64,000 nucleotides of DNA from the NCBI GenBank assembly GCA_965203375.1, contig OZ241886.1, forward strand, positions 28,818 to 92,817, read 5' to 3'. Origin of the DNA: Candidatus Aldehydirespiratoraceae bacterium (GTDB lineage Bacteria > Actinomycetota > Acidimicrobiia > Acidimicrobiales > Aldehydirespiratoraceae). Positions 28,004-36,230 of the stretch are shown here, piece after piece. The notes under the pieces are model-generated. The model made no database searches and had not been told where the DNA came from. It was given only the letters and a program-made list of their open reading frames with translations. Each line of letters begins with the position of its first letter. Within the stretch, counting starts at the first letter, position 1. The position numbers and the translations under genes were made by a program.

Positions 28004-29545
28004 ATGACCGATCAGCCCGACACCGGCCAGCTCGACCAACCCGGCACCGCCCAGCCCGACGGCGGCGGTCAGCCCAACATCTTGTTGATCGTCTCCGACG
28101 AGGAGCGCCGCAACGACTGGCTGGAGGGGGTAGTGGACCTCCCGGCCCACCGGCGGTTACGGGACGACGGGCTGAGCTTCGACCGCTACTACACCCACTC
28201 CTCTCCCTGCTCGCCGGCCCGGGCCAGCCTCTACACCGGCCGCTACCTGGCCCAGCACGGCGTGGTGGACAACGTGAGCTTCCCCACCCACACCGCCCTC
28301 GACCCGGCCATCCCCACCGTCGGCGGCCTGCTGGCCGAGCGGGGCTACCGGTCCGGCTACCTGGGCAAATGGCACCTCAGCCACGACCGGCATCCCGACA
28401 TGGCCGCCCACGGCTACCTCGACTGGCAGGGCGACGACTACTGGTACACCGGCAACCCGTGGACGGGCCGGCACTTCGACCCGATCCTGGCCGGCCAGGC
28501 CGTCGAGTGGCTGGAGCGCCACGGGTCGGGGCGGCCCTGGTTCCTGACCGTGGCCCTGCTGAACCCCCACGACATCATGTGGTATCCGGCCGACCACGCC
28601 AGCTTCCTCGAAGACCACCCCGAGGCGGCCGAGGCCATCGACTTCATCCAGCGGGTCCGGCTGGGACCGGGGGCCGAGGACCTGCCGCTGGCCCCGCCGC
28701 CCGAGGACTACCCCCGCCGGTTCGAGAAGCTGCCGGAGAACTTCCACGACGACCTGCACACCAAGCCCGAGGTGCAGCGGGCCTGGCGCCACGTCCGCAA
28801 CCGGGAGCACTTCGTGGGGGCCATGGACCCCGCCGACCACGAGTCGTGGCTGCGCTACCTCGACTACTACGCCTACCTGCACGAGCAGCTCGACGCGGCC
28901 CTGGCCGAGCTGCTGGGCGCCCTGGACCGGCTCGGCCTCTACGACGACACTGCGGTGGTCTACACCTCCGACCACGGCGACGCCTGCGGCTCGCACGGCC
29001 TGCGGGCCAAGCTGCCCTGCGTGTACGAGGAGGTGATGGGGGTGCCTTTGGTGGTCAAGTTCCCGGGCGGACCGGCCGGGCGGCGCACCCGGGCCCTGGC
29101 CACCCACGTGGACTTGGCCGCCACCATCGCGGCCTGGGGCGGGGCGGGCCCAGGCGACGCGCCGAGCCTGTCGGGCCGGGACCTGGCCCCGGTGCTGGCC
29201 GATCCCGACGCGGCGGTGCGCGACTATGTGCTGTTCTCCCAGGACTCGGCCCAGTCCGGGCTGATCCGGTCGAGCCGCTACGCGGTGCGGGGCTTCTACG
29301 ACGGCGAGACCAAGTACGCCCGCTACTACGGGATCGGCGGGGGGATAGAGCGGGACGGCTCCCGGGCCGAGGGCGGCAAGGTGTTCGACGTCGACGCCGA
29401 CTTCGACGACCACGACCACGAGTGGTACGAGACGGCCGAGGACCCGCACGAACTGGTCAACCTGGCCGGCGACCGGGGCCGTCGCAACGAGCTGCGGGCC
29501 CTGTTCGACCGCCTGCTCGACTACGAGAAGGAGCTGGCCGCATGA
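28004..29545 (+). CDS. Sulfatase family protein
   Basis: PNILLIVSDE plus the formylglycine motif CSPARASLYTGR. Confidence 0.8.
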   Translation: MTDQPDTGQLDQPGTAQPDGGGQPNILLIVSDEERRNDWLEGVVDLPAHRRLRDDGLSFDRYYTHSSPCSPARASLYTGRYLAQHGVVDNVSFPTHTALDPAIPTVGGLLAERGYRSGYLGKWHLSHDRHPDMAAHGYLDWQGDDYWYTGNPWTGRHFDPILAGQAVEWLERHGSGRPWFLTVALLNPHDIMWYPADHASFLEDHPEAAEAIDFIQRVRLGPGAEDLPLAPPPEDYPRRFEKLPENFHDDLHTKPEVQRAWRHVRNREHFVGAMDPADHESWLRYLDYYAYLHEQLDAALAELLGALDRLGLYDDTAVVYTSDHGDACGSHGLRAKLPCVYEEVMGVPLVVKFPGGPAGRRTRALATHVDLAATIAAWGGAGPGDAPSLSGRDLAPVLADPDAAVRDYVLFSQDSAQSGLIRSSRYAVRGFYDGETKYARYYGIGGGIERDGSRAEGGKVFDVDADFDDHDHEWYETAEDPHELVNLAGDRGRRNELRALFDRLLDYEKELAA

Positions 29546-29630
29546 CCAGAACCGGGCGGCGCCCCGAAGCGAGGGGGGCTGACCGCATGAGCGGAGCGAC
29601 CGGCCGCGGGACAGGGAGGGGGCCGGGCGG

Positions 29631-30542
29631 ATGAGCGGCCCGCGGACCATCAAGTTGAGCGGAACAGACGCCTTCGTGGTGGTGGACCTGGACGGGGCCG
29701 AGGCCTCGTCCGGGCCAGTGCGGCGGGCCCGCAAGGTGCTACCCGGCGGGGTGAGGGACCTGGCCCGGTCCCAGACCTACACCTACGCGGCGCTGGGAAT
29801 GCGCCGGGGCGGGGCCTCGGCCGGGATCAACGCCGTTGACGCCGACCGGGCCGAGGCGGTGGCCGCCTTCGTGGAGCAGGCCGCGGCGCTGGTGGCCGAC
29901 CGCACCTATCTGCCCGACCCGGCCAAAGGCGTAGACGAGGCCGACCTGGCCCCGCTGCGGGCCGCCGACCCCCGCAGCCGGTCGGGGGCGTTTGCAGCCG
30001 AATGCGAGGCGCTGTCGGCCGCGGTCGCCGCGGAGGCCGCCATCGGGCTCGACGGGCGGACCGCAGCCATAGAGGGGGCCGGGTCCTGCGGTCCGACGCT
30101 GGCCGCGGCACTGGCCGAGCGGGGGGCCACCGTGGTCTCCACCGACCCCGAGACCTGGGCCTCCGCCCCGGTCGACATCGTGTTCGCCGGCTCGAAGATG
30201 GGAGCGGTGAACCACGGCTCAGCCGAAAGCCTCCAGGCCCGGCTGCTGGTCCCCTGCGGCCGGCTGCCGTTCACGGCCAAGGCCCTGGCCGTGTGCCGGC
30301 ACCGGGGCGTGCTGGCCCTGCCCGACTTCGTGACCCTGGCCGGCTCGACCATCGCGGCCTGGAACGACCCCGGCACCGCCGACGACGAGGTGCGCTCGGC
30401 GGTGACCGCTACGGTCACCGAGCTGGTGGCCGAGACCGTCAGCCACCCCGACGGCCCCTTCTTGGCCGCCTGCTACGCGGCCGAGTCCTTCCTGGCCACC
30501 TGGCAAGACGAGCTGCCCTTCGGCCGCCCCCTGGCCCCGTAA
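29631..30542 (+). CDS. Glu/Leu/Phe/Val dehydrogenase-like protein (divergent)
   Basis: LARSQTYTYAALGMRRGGASAGINA resembles the GDH-family core, but the expected Lys after GG is not obvious. Rossmann motif GAGSCGPTLAAALAERGATVVS. Confidence 0.45.
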   Translation: MSGPRTIKLSGTDAFVVVDLDGAEASSGPVRRARKVLPGGVRDLARSQTYTYAALGMRRGGASAGINAVDADRAEAVAAFVEQAAALVADRTYLPDPAKGVDEADLAPLRAADPRSRSGAFAAECEALSAAVAAEAAIGLDGRTAAIEGAGSCGPTLAAALAERGATVVSTDPETWASAPVDIVFAGSKMGAVNHGSAESLQARLLVPCGRLPFTAKALAVCRHRGVLALPDFVTLAGSTIAAWNDPGTADDEVRSAVTATVTELVAETVSHPDGPFLAACYAAESFLATWQDELPFGRPLAP

Positions 30543-30594
30543 TCCGGCCGGGAGCGCCAGCCCGGCCCCGAAGGCCCTAGCCTGGGAAGTTAGA

Positions 30595-30671
30595 GGGGCT
30601 GTAGCTCAGCCGGCTAGAGCACCTGCTTTGCAAGCAGGGGGTCGTGGGTTCGAGTCCCATCAGCTCCACCA
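30595..30671 (+). tRNA. tRNA-Ala (anticodon TGC)
   Basis: GGGGCTGTAGCTCAGCCGGCTAGAGCACCTGCTTTGCAAGCAGGGGGTCGTGGGTTCGAGTCCCATCAGCTCCACCA. Cloverleaf with the G3:U70 pair, TTCGAGT T-loop and encoded CCA. Confidence 0.9.
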
Positions 30672-30856
30672 ACTTGCGATGACAGTCAAGCCACGTGCTT
30701 GGCAACGATGGCGTCGTAAAACCGGATCTCCCCGTTTGTCGGCCAGAACGAACTGCCCGAGCCAGCGGTCCACGAGTGGGCGCTTGTCATCCTCGGTCAG
30801 CTCTCTTGGACCCTGTTCATGCACTGGAACTTGCCCCAAGTGTTCCGAATTGGGCT

Positions 30857-30930
30857 TGGAGCGGGTGAGGGGAATCGAACCCCCGTTCTCAGCTTGGGAA
30901 GCTGATGTTCTGCCTCTGAACTACACCCGC
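30857..30930 (-). tRNA. tRNA-Gly (anticodon CCC)
   Basis: The reverse complement reads GCGGGTGTAGTTCAGAGGCAGAACATCAGCTTCCCAAGCTGAGAACGGGGGTTCGATTCCCCTCACCCGCTCCA. Anticodon loop TTCCCAA. Confidence 0.9.
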
Positions 30931-31052
30931 GGGCTCGGCCAGGGTAACCCGGCCCAGGCCGCAGGCGCACGGCACCAGCGCACGGCGGCGATCCGGACGG
31001 GCCGGACGCTCTCGGGCGCAGGGTCGCGGGAAGCGGGGTCCAACGCGATTGA

Positions 31053-31682
31053 ATGGAGGGCGTGGGACATTCGGTCCCGGCTCGCAGGGCGCTGGTCCTG
31101 ACCGCGGCGGCGGTGGCCGTCTGCCTGGCCGCCGCGGCCTGCGGCCGGTCGGGATACCAGTACATCGAGAACGGCGACGACACCGTCTTCGTGAAGATCC
31201 CCGAGAACTGGGAGGTCGTCTCCGAGGGCGTGGTGGACTACACCGTCACCCCCGACGGGGACCTGCAGCTCCTGCCCGGCGACTCGGCCCTGCCCTGGCG
31301 GGCCACCTTCGTCGAGACCCCGCCGGGCGCGCCCGGCTCGCCCACCGGCATCACCGGGGCGGTGGAGATCCAGCCCGTCGACCGCCGGATGAGGGCCGAC
31401 CTGAACCCCTACCGCTTCTTCGGGATCGACCTCGACGACACCACCGACGGGATCGAGGTGGTGCGCCACGACCTGGTGGAGATGGACGGCATATCCGGGC
31501 CCCGGCTGGTCTGGAAGCAGACCAACGAGCAGGGCGAGGAGATGGTCGTCGACCGGCTGGTGATGACCGACAGCCTCAACCGGGTCGTCTACTCGGTGGG
31601 GATGGGCTGCAACTCCGGCTGCTACGACGACAACGTCTCCTCCATCGAGGAGGTCATGGCCACCTTCACGGTGAGGGGCTGA
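31053..31682 (+). CDS. Putative lipoprotein
   Basis: Signal peptide with lipobox-like LAAAAC|G (ALVLTAAAVAVCLAAAACGRS). Its stop lies 4 nt before the FtsH-like gene. Confidence 0.6.
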   Translation: MEGVGHSVPARRALVLTAAAVAVCLAAAACGRSGYQYIENGDDTVFVKIPENWEVVSEGVVDYTVTPDGDLQLLPGDSALPWRATFVETPPGAPGSPTGITGAVEIQPVDRRMRADLNPYRFFGIDLDDTTDGIEVVRHDLVEMDGISGPRLVWKQTNEQGEEMVVDRLVMTDSLNRVVYSVGMGCNSGCYDDNVSSIEEVMATFTVRG

Positions 31683-31685
31683 CCG

Positions 31686-34193
31686 GTGCGGCCCTTCCGG
31701 CGGAACCGACCGGCGGCAACAACCGCCCCGAAGGCCGAGACGATGATCGACCTGCGGGCCGCCCGGTCCCGGCCCCGGGAGGCCGAGCGCACCACCCGCC
31801 GACGGCTCGACCCGTGGGACCGGTCCAAGTACCTGGTGCTGGGCTCGGTCCTGTTCGGGTTCTTCTGGTGGCAGAAGCTGACCGGGCACCCGATCAAGTC
31901 GGTGGCCGACGGCTTCTGGGAAACCATCGAGCAGCAGACCTGGATCTGGGTCCTGATGGCCCTGGAGGCCGCCCGCCAGGCCCACTTCCTGATCGCCGAG
32001 CGCTGGCCGGCCTACTACCGGTTCTGGAAGGTCCGGGTGTTCGGGCGGTTCGAGAGCCGCCGGTCCCGCACCGACCCGTGGGTCCGGTTCCGCATCGGCC
32101 GGGTGATCAGGGTGCTGTTCTGGCTGCTGCTGGCCGGCGTGGTGGTGGGCCAGTTCACCGGCGAGAACCCGGTGCAGGCCCTCATCGGCCTGCCCGGCCG
32201 GCTCAACGACTGGCTGCCCTGGGCGGCCCGGCTGATCATCTACCCCCTGCTGCTGATCAGCCAGTTCGTGCTGCTGTTCTGGTTCCTGTCCCGGGGCGGC
32301 GTGGAGACCTACTTCCCCGACGACATCGACACCCGCTTCGACGACGTGTGGGGCCAGGACCCGGTGCGGGAGCGGGTCCGGGAGAACCTCATCTTCCTGG
32401 AGAACCCCGAGGCCATCGAGGAGGTGGGCGGCTACGCGCCGGGGGGCATCCTGCTGTACGGGCCGCCCGGCACCGGCAAGACGCTGCTGGCCGAGGCGGC
32501 CGCGGGCGAGACGGGCAAGCCCTTCGTGTTCGTGGAGCCGGGGGCGTTCATGAACATGTTCTTCGGCGTCGGCATCCTCAAGGTCAAGGGGCTGTTCCGC
32601 AAGCTGCGGAAGCTGGCTTTGCGCTACGGCGGGGTGGTGGCCTTCTTCGACGAGGCCGACGCGCTGGGCAACCGGGGGGCGTCGGTGGGCGGCGACGGCG
32701 GCTTCGGGTCGGCGCGGCTCGCCCGGTTCCTGGCCGACGCCGCCGAGCCGGGGGCGGCCTATCCGTACCTGTCGCCCGGCGCGCAGCAGGCCCTGCGCGA
32801 CGCGGCCACGGGATGCGACCCGGTGACGGGGCGCCCGTTGGCTGGGTCGCCGGGAGCGGGGCATCTAGGAGCGGGCGGGCTCCCGGCCACCGGCGACGGC
32901 CGGGGCGGGCCGGGCCGGGAGGCGATCATGATGATGGGCGGGGGCGGGGGCATGGGCACCCTCCAGGCTCTGCTGGCCGAGCTGTCGGGCCTGAAGAAGC
33001 CGAGGGGGTTCTTCAACCGGGTGGTGCGCAAGATGCTGGGGCTGCGGCCCAAGCCCCCGCCCCGCTACCGCATCCTGGTGATGATGGCGTCGAACCTCCC
33101 CGAGGCGCTGGACCCGGCCATGCTGCGGCCGGGCCGGATCGACCGCATCTACAAGGTCGGCTACCCCACCCAGGAGGGCCGCAAGCGCACCTACCAGGGC
33201 TACCTGGACAAGGTGGAGCACGTGCTGAGCGACGACGACGTCGAAAAGCTGGCCACCATCACCCCCTACGCCACCGGGGCCACCATCAAAGACATGGTCA
33301 ACGAGGCCCTGATCACCGCCATCCGGGACGGCCGCCGGGTCATCACCTGGGCCGACATCATCAAGGCCAAGCAGCTCAAGGAGCACGGCCTGGCCGACGA
33401 CTTCGACTACGTCGAGCACGAGCGCCACGCCCTGGCCATCCACGAGGCCTGCCACGCGGTGGCCCTGCACCGGGTCAGCCGCCACCGCATGATCGACATA
33501 GCCACCATCGAGCGGCGGGGCAACGTGGGCGGGTTCGTGTCCCACATCCCGCCCGAGGACCGCTTCACCCACTGGCGCTCCGAGTACGAGGCCGACCTGG
33601 AGGTGTCGCTGGCGTCGCTGGCCGGCGAGCGGCTCTTCTTCGGCGACGACAACTCCTCGGGGGTGGGCGGCGACCTCCGCAACGCCACCCAGCTCGCGGC
33701 CATGATGGCCGGCTACTGGGGCATGGGCGACACCCTGGCCAGCCACGCCGTGCAGCAGCAGTTCGGGATCGGCGGCGGTGGCCGGGGGCGGGGCGGCGAC
33801 GATGACGACGACCCGGAGCGGGAGCTGCTGCGCACCGGGCTGGGCGACCAGATCGAGCGGCGGATGACCGACCGCTACGACGCGGTGCGGGCGCTGCTGG
33901 AGGCGAACCGGCTGGAGGTCTTGGCCGTGGCCCACGCCCTGGAGACCCACCGGACCATCACCGGCGAGGACGTGAGCGCCATCGTCGAGCGGGAGATCGG
34001 GCCGTTCCTGGACGGCCGGGGCTACTACACGCCCGAGGCGGTCGAGGCCCTGGAGTCGTACCACCGGGCCGTGCTCGACCGGCGCGGCCAGGGCCGCACC
34101 GAACTGCCGCCGCTCCCCGAGATCGAAGGCGTCACCGGCCGACTGGTCGAGACCGTAGTAGCCCCGCCCGCACCGGCGGCCATGCCCGCCTGA
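31686..34193 (+). CDS. FtsH-like membrane AAA+ ATPase / M41 zinc metalloprotease with Gly-rich insertion
   Basis: N-terminal TM helices. Walker A GPPGTGKT, Walker B FFDEADALG, second region of homology LDPAMLRPGRIDR and HEXXH (HEACHAV). Confidence 0.8.
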   Translation: MRPFRRNRPAATTAPKAETMIDLRAARSRPREAERTTRRRLDPWDRSKYLVLGSVLFGFFWWQKLTGHPIKSVADGFWETIEQQTWIWVLMALEAARQAHFLIAERWPAYYRFWKVRVFGRFESRRSRTDPWVRFRIGRVIRVLFWLLLAGVVVGQFTGENPVQALIGLPGRLNDWLPWAARLIIYPLLLISQFVLLFWFLSRGGVETYFPDDIDTRFDDVWGQDPVRERVRENLIFLENPEAIEEVGGYAPGGILLYGPPGTGKTLLAEAAAGETGKPFVFVEPGAFMNMFFGVGILKVKGLFRKLRKLALRYGGVVAFFDEADALGNRGASVGGDGGFGSARLARFLADAAEPGAAYPYLSPGAQQALRDAATGCDPVTGRPLAGSPGAGHLGAGGLPATGDGRGGPGREAIMMMGGGGGMGTLQALLAELSGLKKPRGFFNRVVRKMLGLRPKPPPRYRILVMMASNLPEALDPAMLRPGRIDRIYKVGYPTQEGRKRTYQGYLDKVEHVLSDDDVEKLATITPYATGATIKDMVNEALITAIRDGRRVITWADIIKAKQLKEHGLADDFDYVEHERHALAIHEACHAVALHRVSRHRMIDIATIERRGNVGGFVSHIPPEDRFTHWRSEYEADLEVSLASLAGERLFFGDDNSSGVGGDLRNATQLAAMMAGYWGMGDTLASHAVQQQFGIGGGGRGRGGDDDDDPERELLRTGLGDQIERRMTDRYDAVRALLEANRLEVLAVAHALETHRTITGEDVSAIVEREIGPFLDGRGYYTPEAVEALESYHRAVLDRRGQGRTELPPLPEIEGVTGRLVETVVAPPAPAAMPA

Positions 34194-34354
34194 CAGGAAT
34201 GACCGCCTGACGAGGTGGACCGGCTCGGCGTGCGGGACCTGTAGGGCGCGGCAACGCTCGCCTGACAGGAATGGCCGCCTGACGGAATGACCGCACCTTC
34301 GCGGCGGTTGTCACACCCCCTCGAGAGAATAGGAGTTCGTCCCGTCACAACCTA

Positions 34355-34888
34355 TTGAGCGATCGGAACTTCATGAGAACGGCAATCGACTTCCCCCCTG
34401 ACCCCGACACCTTGGTCCTCTGCGACATCGAGAACCTGGCCGGCGCGGCCAGCCCCACCGCTCGAGACGTGCGCCAGATCGACGCCCTTATCCACCGAGC
34501 CTTCGGCGCGGGCCTGTTGGAGGTGCTGGCCTGCGACGCCCACAACGCCGAGGTGGTCTGGTTCAATTGGACCCACGAAGTCCGACGCCTGGTCGGGCGG
34601 GGTCCCGACGGCACCGACCTCGAGCTGATCGGCGTGCTCCGCCACGAAAGGATCGAGCAGCGGTTCCGGCGGGTGATCATCGGCTCCGGCGACCACATCT
34701 TCGCCGAGCCGGCCATGCGGCTGGCCGCAGCCGGAGTCCAAGTGGTGGTGGCCGTGGGCCGGGGCTACTGCTCGGCTCGTCTTCGCCAGGCGGTCGAAGA
34801 TGTGGTCCATCTGCCGCTGACCAGCCCGCACCGCCGCCCCGACCAAGCTCCGGCGACCGCGCCCCGACGCGGACGGCCCCGGCGGTGA
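34355..34888 (+). CDS. NYN/LabA-like domain protein, paralog 2 (divergent)
   Basis: LVLCDIENLAG...GRGPDGTDLELIGVL...RVIIGSGDHIFAEPAMRLAAAGVQVVVA follows the order of NYN acidic motifs. Confidence 0.5.
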   Translation: MSDRNFMRTAIDFPPDPDTLVLCDIENLAGAASPTARDVRQIDALIHRAFGAGLLEVLACDAHNAEVVWFNWTHEVRRLVGRGPDGTDLELIGVLRHERIEQRFRRVIIGSGDHIFAEPAMRLAAAGVQVVVAVGRGYCSARLRQAVEDVVHLPLTSPHRRPDQAPATAPRRGRPRR

Positions 34889-35095
34889 GACCCGTGGTCA
34901 GTTCAGCCCGATCCCGACCTCCCAGCAGGCAGCCACGGGCCCGGTGAGGCCGCACAGCGGCCGCCCGCGTCAGAGATGGGCGAGCACGCCTGACCGGGAG
35001 CGTTCGCGGCCACGGCGCAACGGTCCCCGCCCGGCGGTTACGATGCCGACGCCGTCTGGTTGATCGCGGCGCGACCCGAAATAGCGCGATCCGAG

Positions 35096-35124
35096 TTGCC
35101 CTTGGTCGCGGTGCCCGGTATAGT
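35096..35124 (+). promoter_or_regulatory. Candidate sigma-70/SigA-type promoter for NYN paralog 3
   Basis: TTGCCC, a 17-nt spacer, then TATAGT, about 85 nt upstream of GTG35208. Confidence 0.35.
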
Positions 35125-35138
35125 GGCGTGATCTGCTC

Positions 35139-35183
35139 CCTCCCCCATTGGGGAGGCAACGAGGGCCCGAAAGGGCCCTCGTT
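35139..35183 (+). promoter_or_regulatory. Twin stem-loops in the leader of NYN paralog 3
   Basis: CCTCCCC-catt-GGGGAGG (35139-35156) is immediately followed by the 11-bp stem AACGAGGGCCC-GAAA-GGGCCCTCGTT (35158-35183). Confidence 0.45.
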
Positions 35184-35207
35184 CTGTTCAGAAGGGTATG
35201 GTTTGCC

Positions 35208-36026
35208 GTGGACCGGTTCGCCGTGTTCGTTGACGCTGGCTACCTCTACGCGGAGGTTGGCAAGCTTTGTTGCGGGACCAGAGAACGGAAGTCGATCCAC
35301 TTAGATGGCTCGGGGGTCAACGATCTCCTAGTGCAACTGGCTGCGAAGGCTTGTGGCCTTCCCTCGCTCCGAACCTACTGGTATGACGGAGCCAGGAACG
35401 GAATCCCTACTTTGGAGCAGAAACGGATTGCCGCGCTCCCGAACGTGAAACTCCGGCTCGGCCGACTCAATATAAAGAACCAGCAAAAAGGCGTTGATGC
35501 CCTCATCTACCGTGATCTGATGACGCTGGCCCGCGAGCATGCCATCTGCGAAGCCTTCGTTCTCTCAGGGGATGAAGACCTGCGAGAGGGCGTTCGAACG
35601 GCTCAGGACTTAGGAACCAGAGTGACGCTGATCGGCGTCACCACAGGCGACTACACCCGGAATCAGTCTAGAGAACTCGTCGATGAGGCAGACGAAGCCA
35701 TCCTGTTGACCAAGCAGCAGCTAACGGCTTTGGTGAGACCGCTACAGCCTCCGCCGGGTGGTCGCCCCTCCGCCCATGCCGACCTCTCGGCTGATGTCTC
35801 AGCGACCGCGACCAGATACGCCCAGCAGTGGGTTGAACAGGCGACTGACGAGGAAATCAAGTCATTGCAAGCCAGGCGGCCGATAATCCCGAAACCGATG
35901 GACGCCAGCCTGCTCGGTTCGATCGAGAACGAGGTCGGCACAAGCCTGCGAGGGCGCGAAGAACTGCGGCGGGTGGCTCGACGAGCCTTCTGGGAGAAGA
36001 TCGCGCAAGACCTCCGGGCCCGGTGA
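35208..36026 (+). CDS. NYN/LabA-like (DUF88) domain protein, paralog 3
   Basis: FAVFVDAGYLY...QKGVDALIYRDL...FVLSGDEDLREGVRTAQDLGTRVTLIGV. GTG35208 is preceded by GAAGGG; the track ORF starts at 35148, inside the hairpins. Confidence 0.7.
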   Translation: MDRFAVFVDAGYLYAEVGKLCCGTRERKSIHLDGSGVNDLLVQLAAKACGLPSLRTYWYDGARNGIPTLEQKRIAALPNVKLRLGRLNIKNQQKGVDALIYRDLMTLAREHAICEAFVLSGDEDLREGVRTAQDLGTRVTLIGVTTGDYTRNQSRELVDEADEAILLTKQQLTALVRPLQPPPGGRPSAHADLSADVSATATRYAQQWVEQATDEEIKSLQARRPIIPKPMDASLLGSIENEVGTSLRGREELRRVARRAFWEKIAQDLRAR

Positions 36027-36041
36027 GCTGACGGTTGGCGA

Positions 36042-36230
36042 CCGCAGGTCAGTTGACGACCCGGTCCCGGCCTGCGCCGACGGCGGCTGAACCGGCGCAG
36101 TCTGACCGGGGCTGGGCCCCGCAGGTCAGTTGACGGCTCGGGCTCGGCCTGCGCCGCCAGCGGCTGGGACTGGCGCAGTCTGAAGGCTTGGCGGCCGCAG
36201 GTCAGTTGACGGCTCGGTCTCGGCCTTCCC
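36042..36230. repeat. Triplicated 3' end of the acyl-CoA ligase gene (~77-bp period)
   Basis: CCGCAGGTCAGTTGACG(A/G)C... occurs at 36042, 36119 and 36195. The third copy is the genuine gene end (stop TCA at 36202-36204 on the minus strand). Confidence 0.75.

Noticed and set aside
30628-31183. ORFs 30628..31101 (plus) and 30797..31183 (minus) spanning the tRNA region.
   Set aside because: They run through two well-formed tRNA genes and are not credible CDSs.
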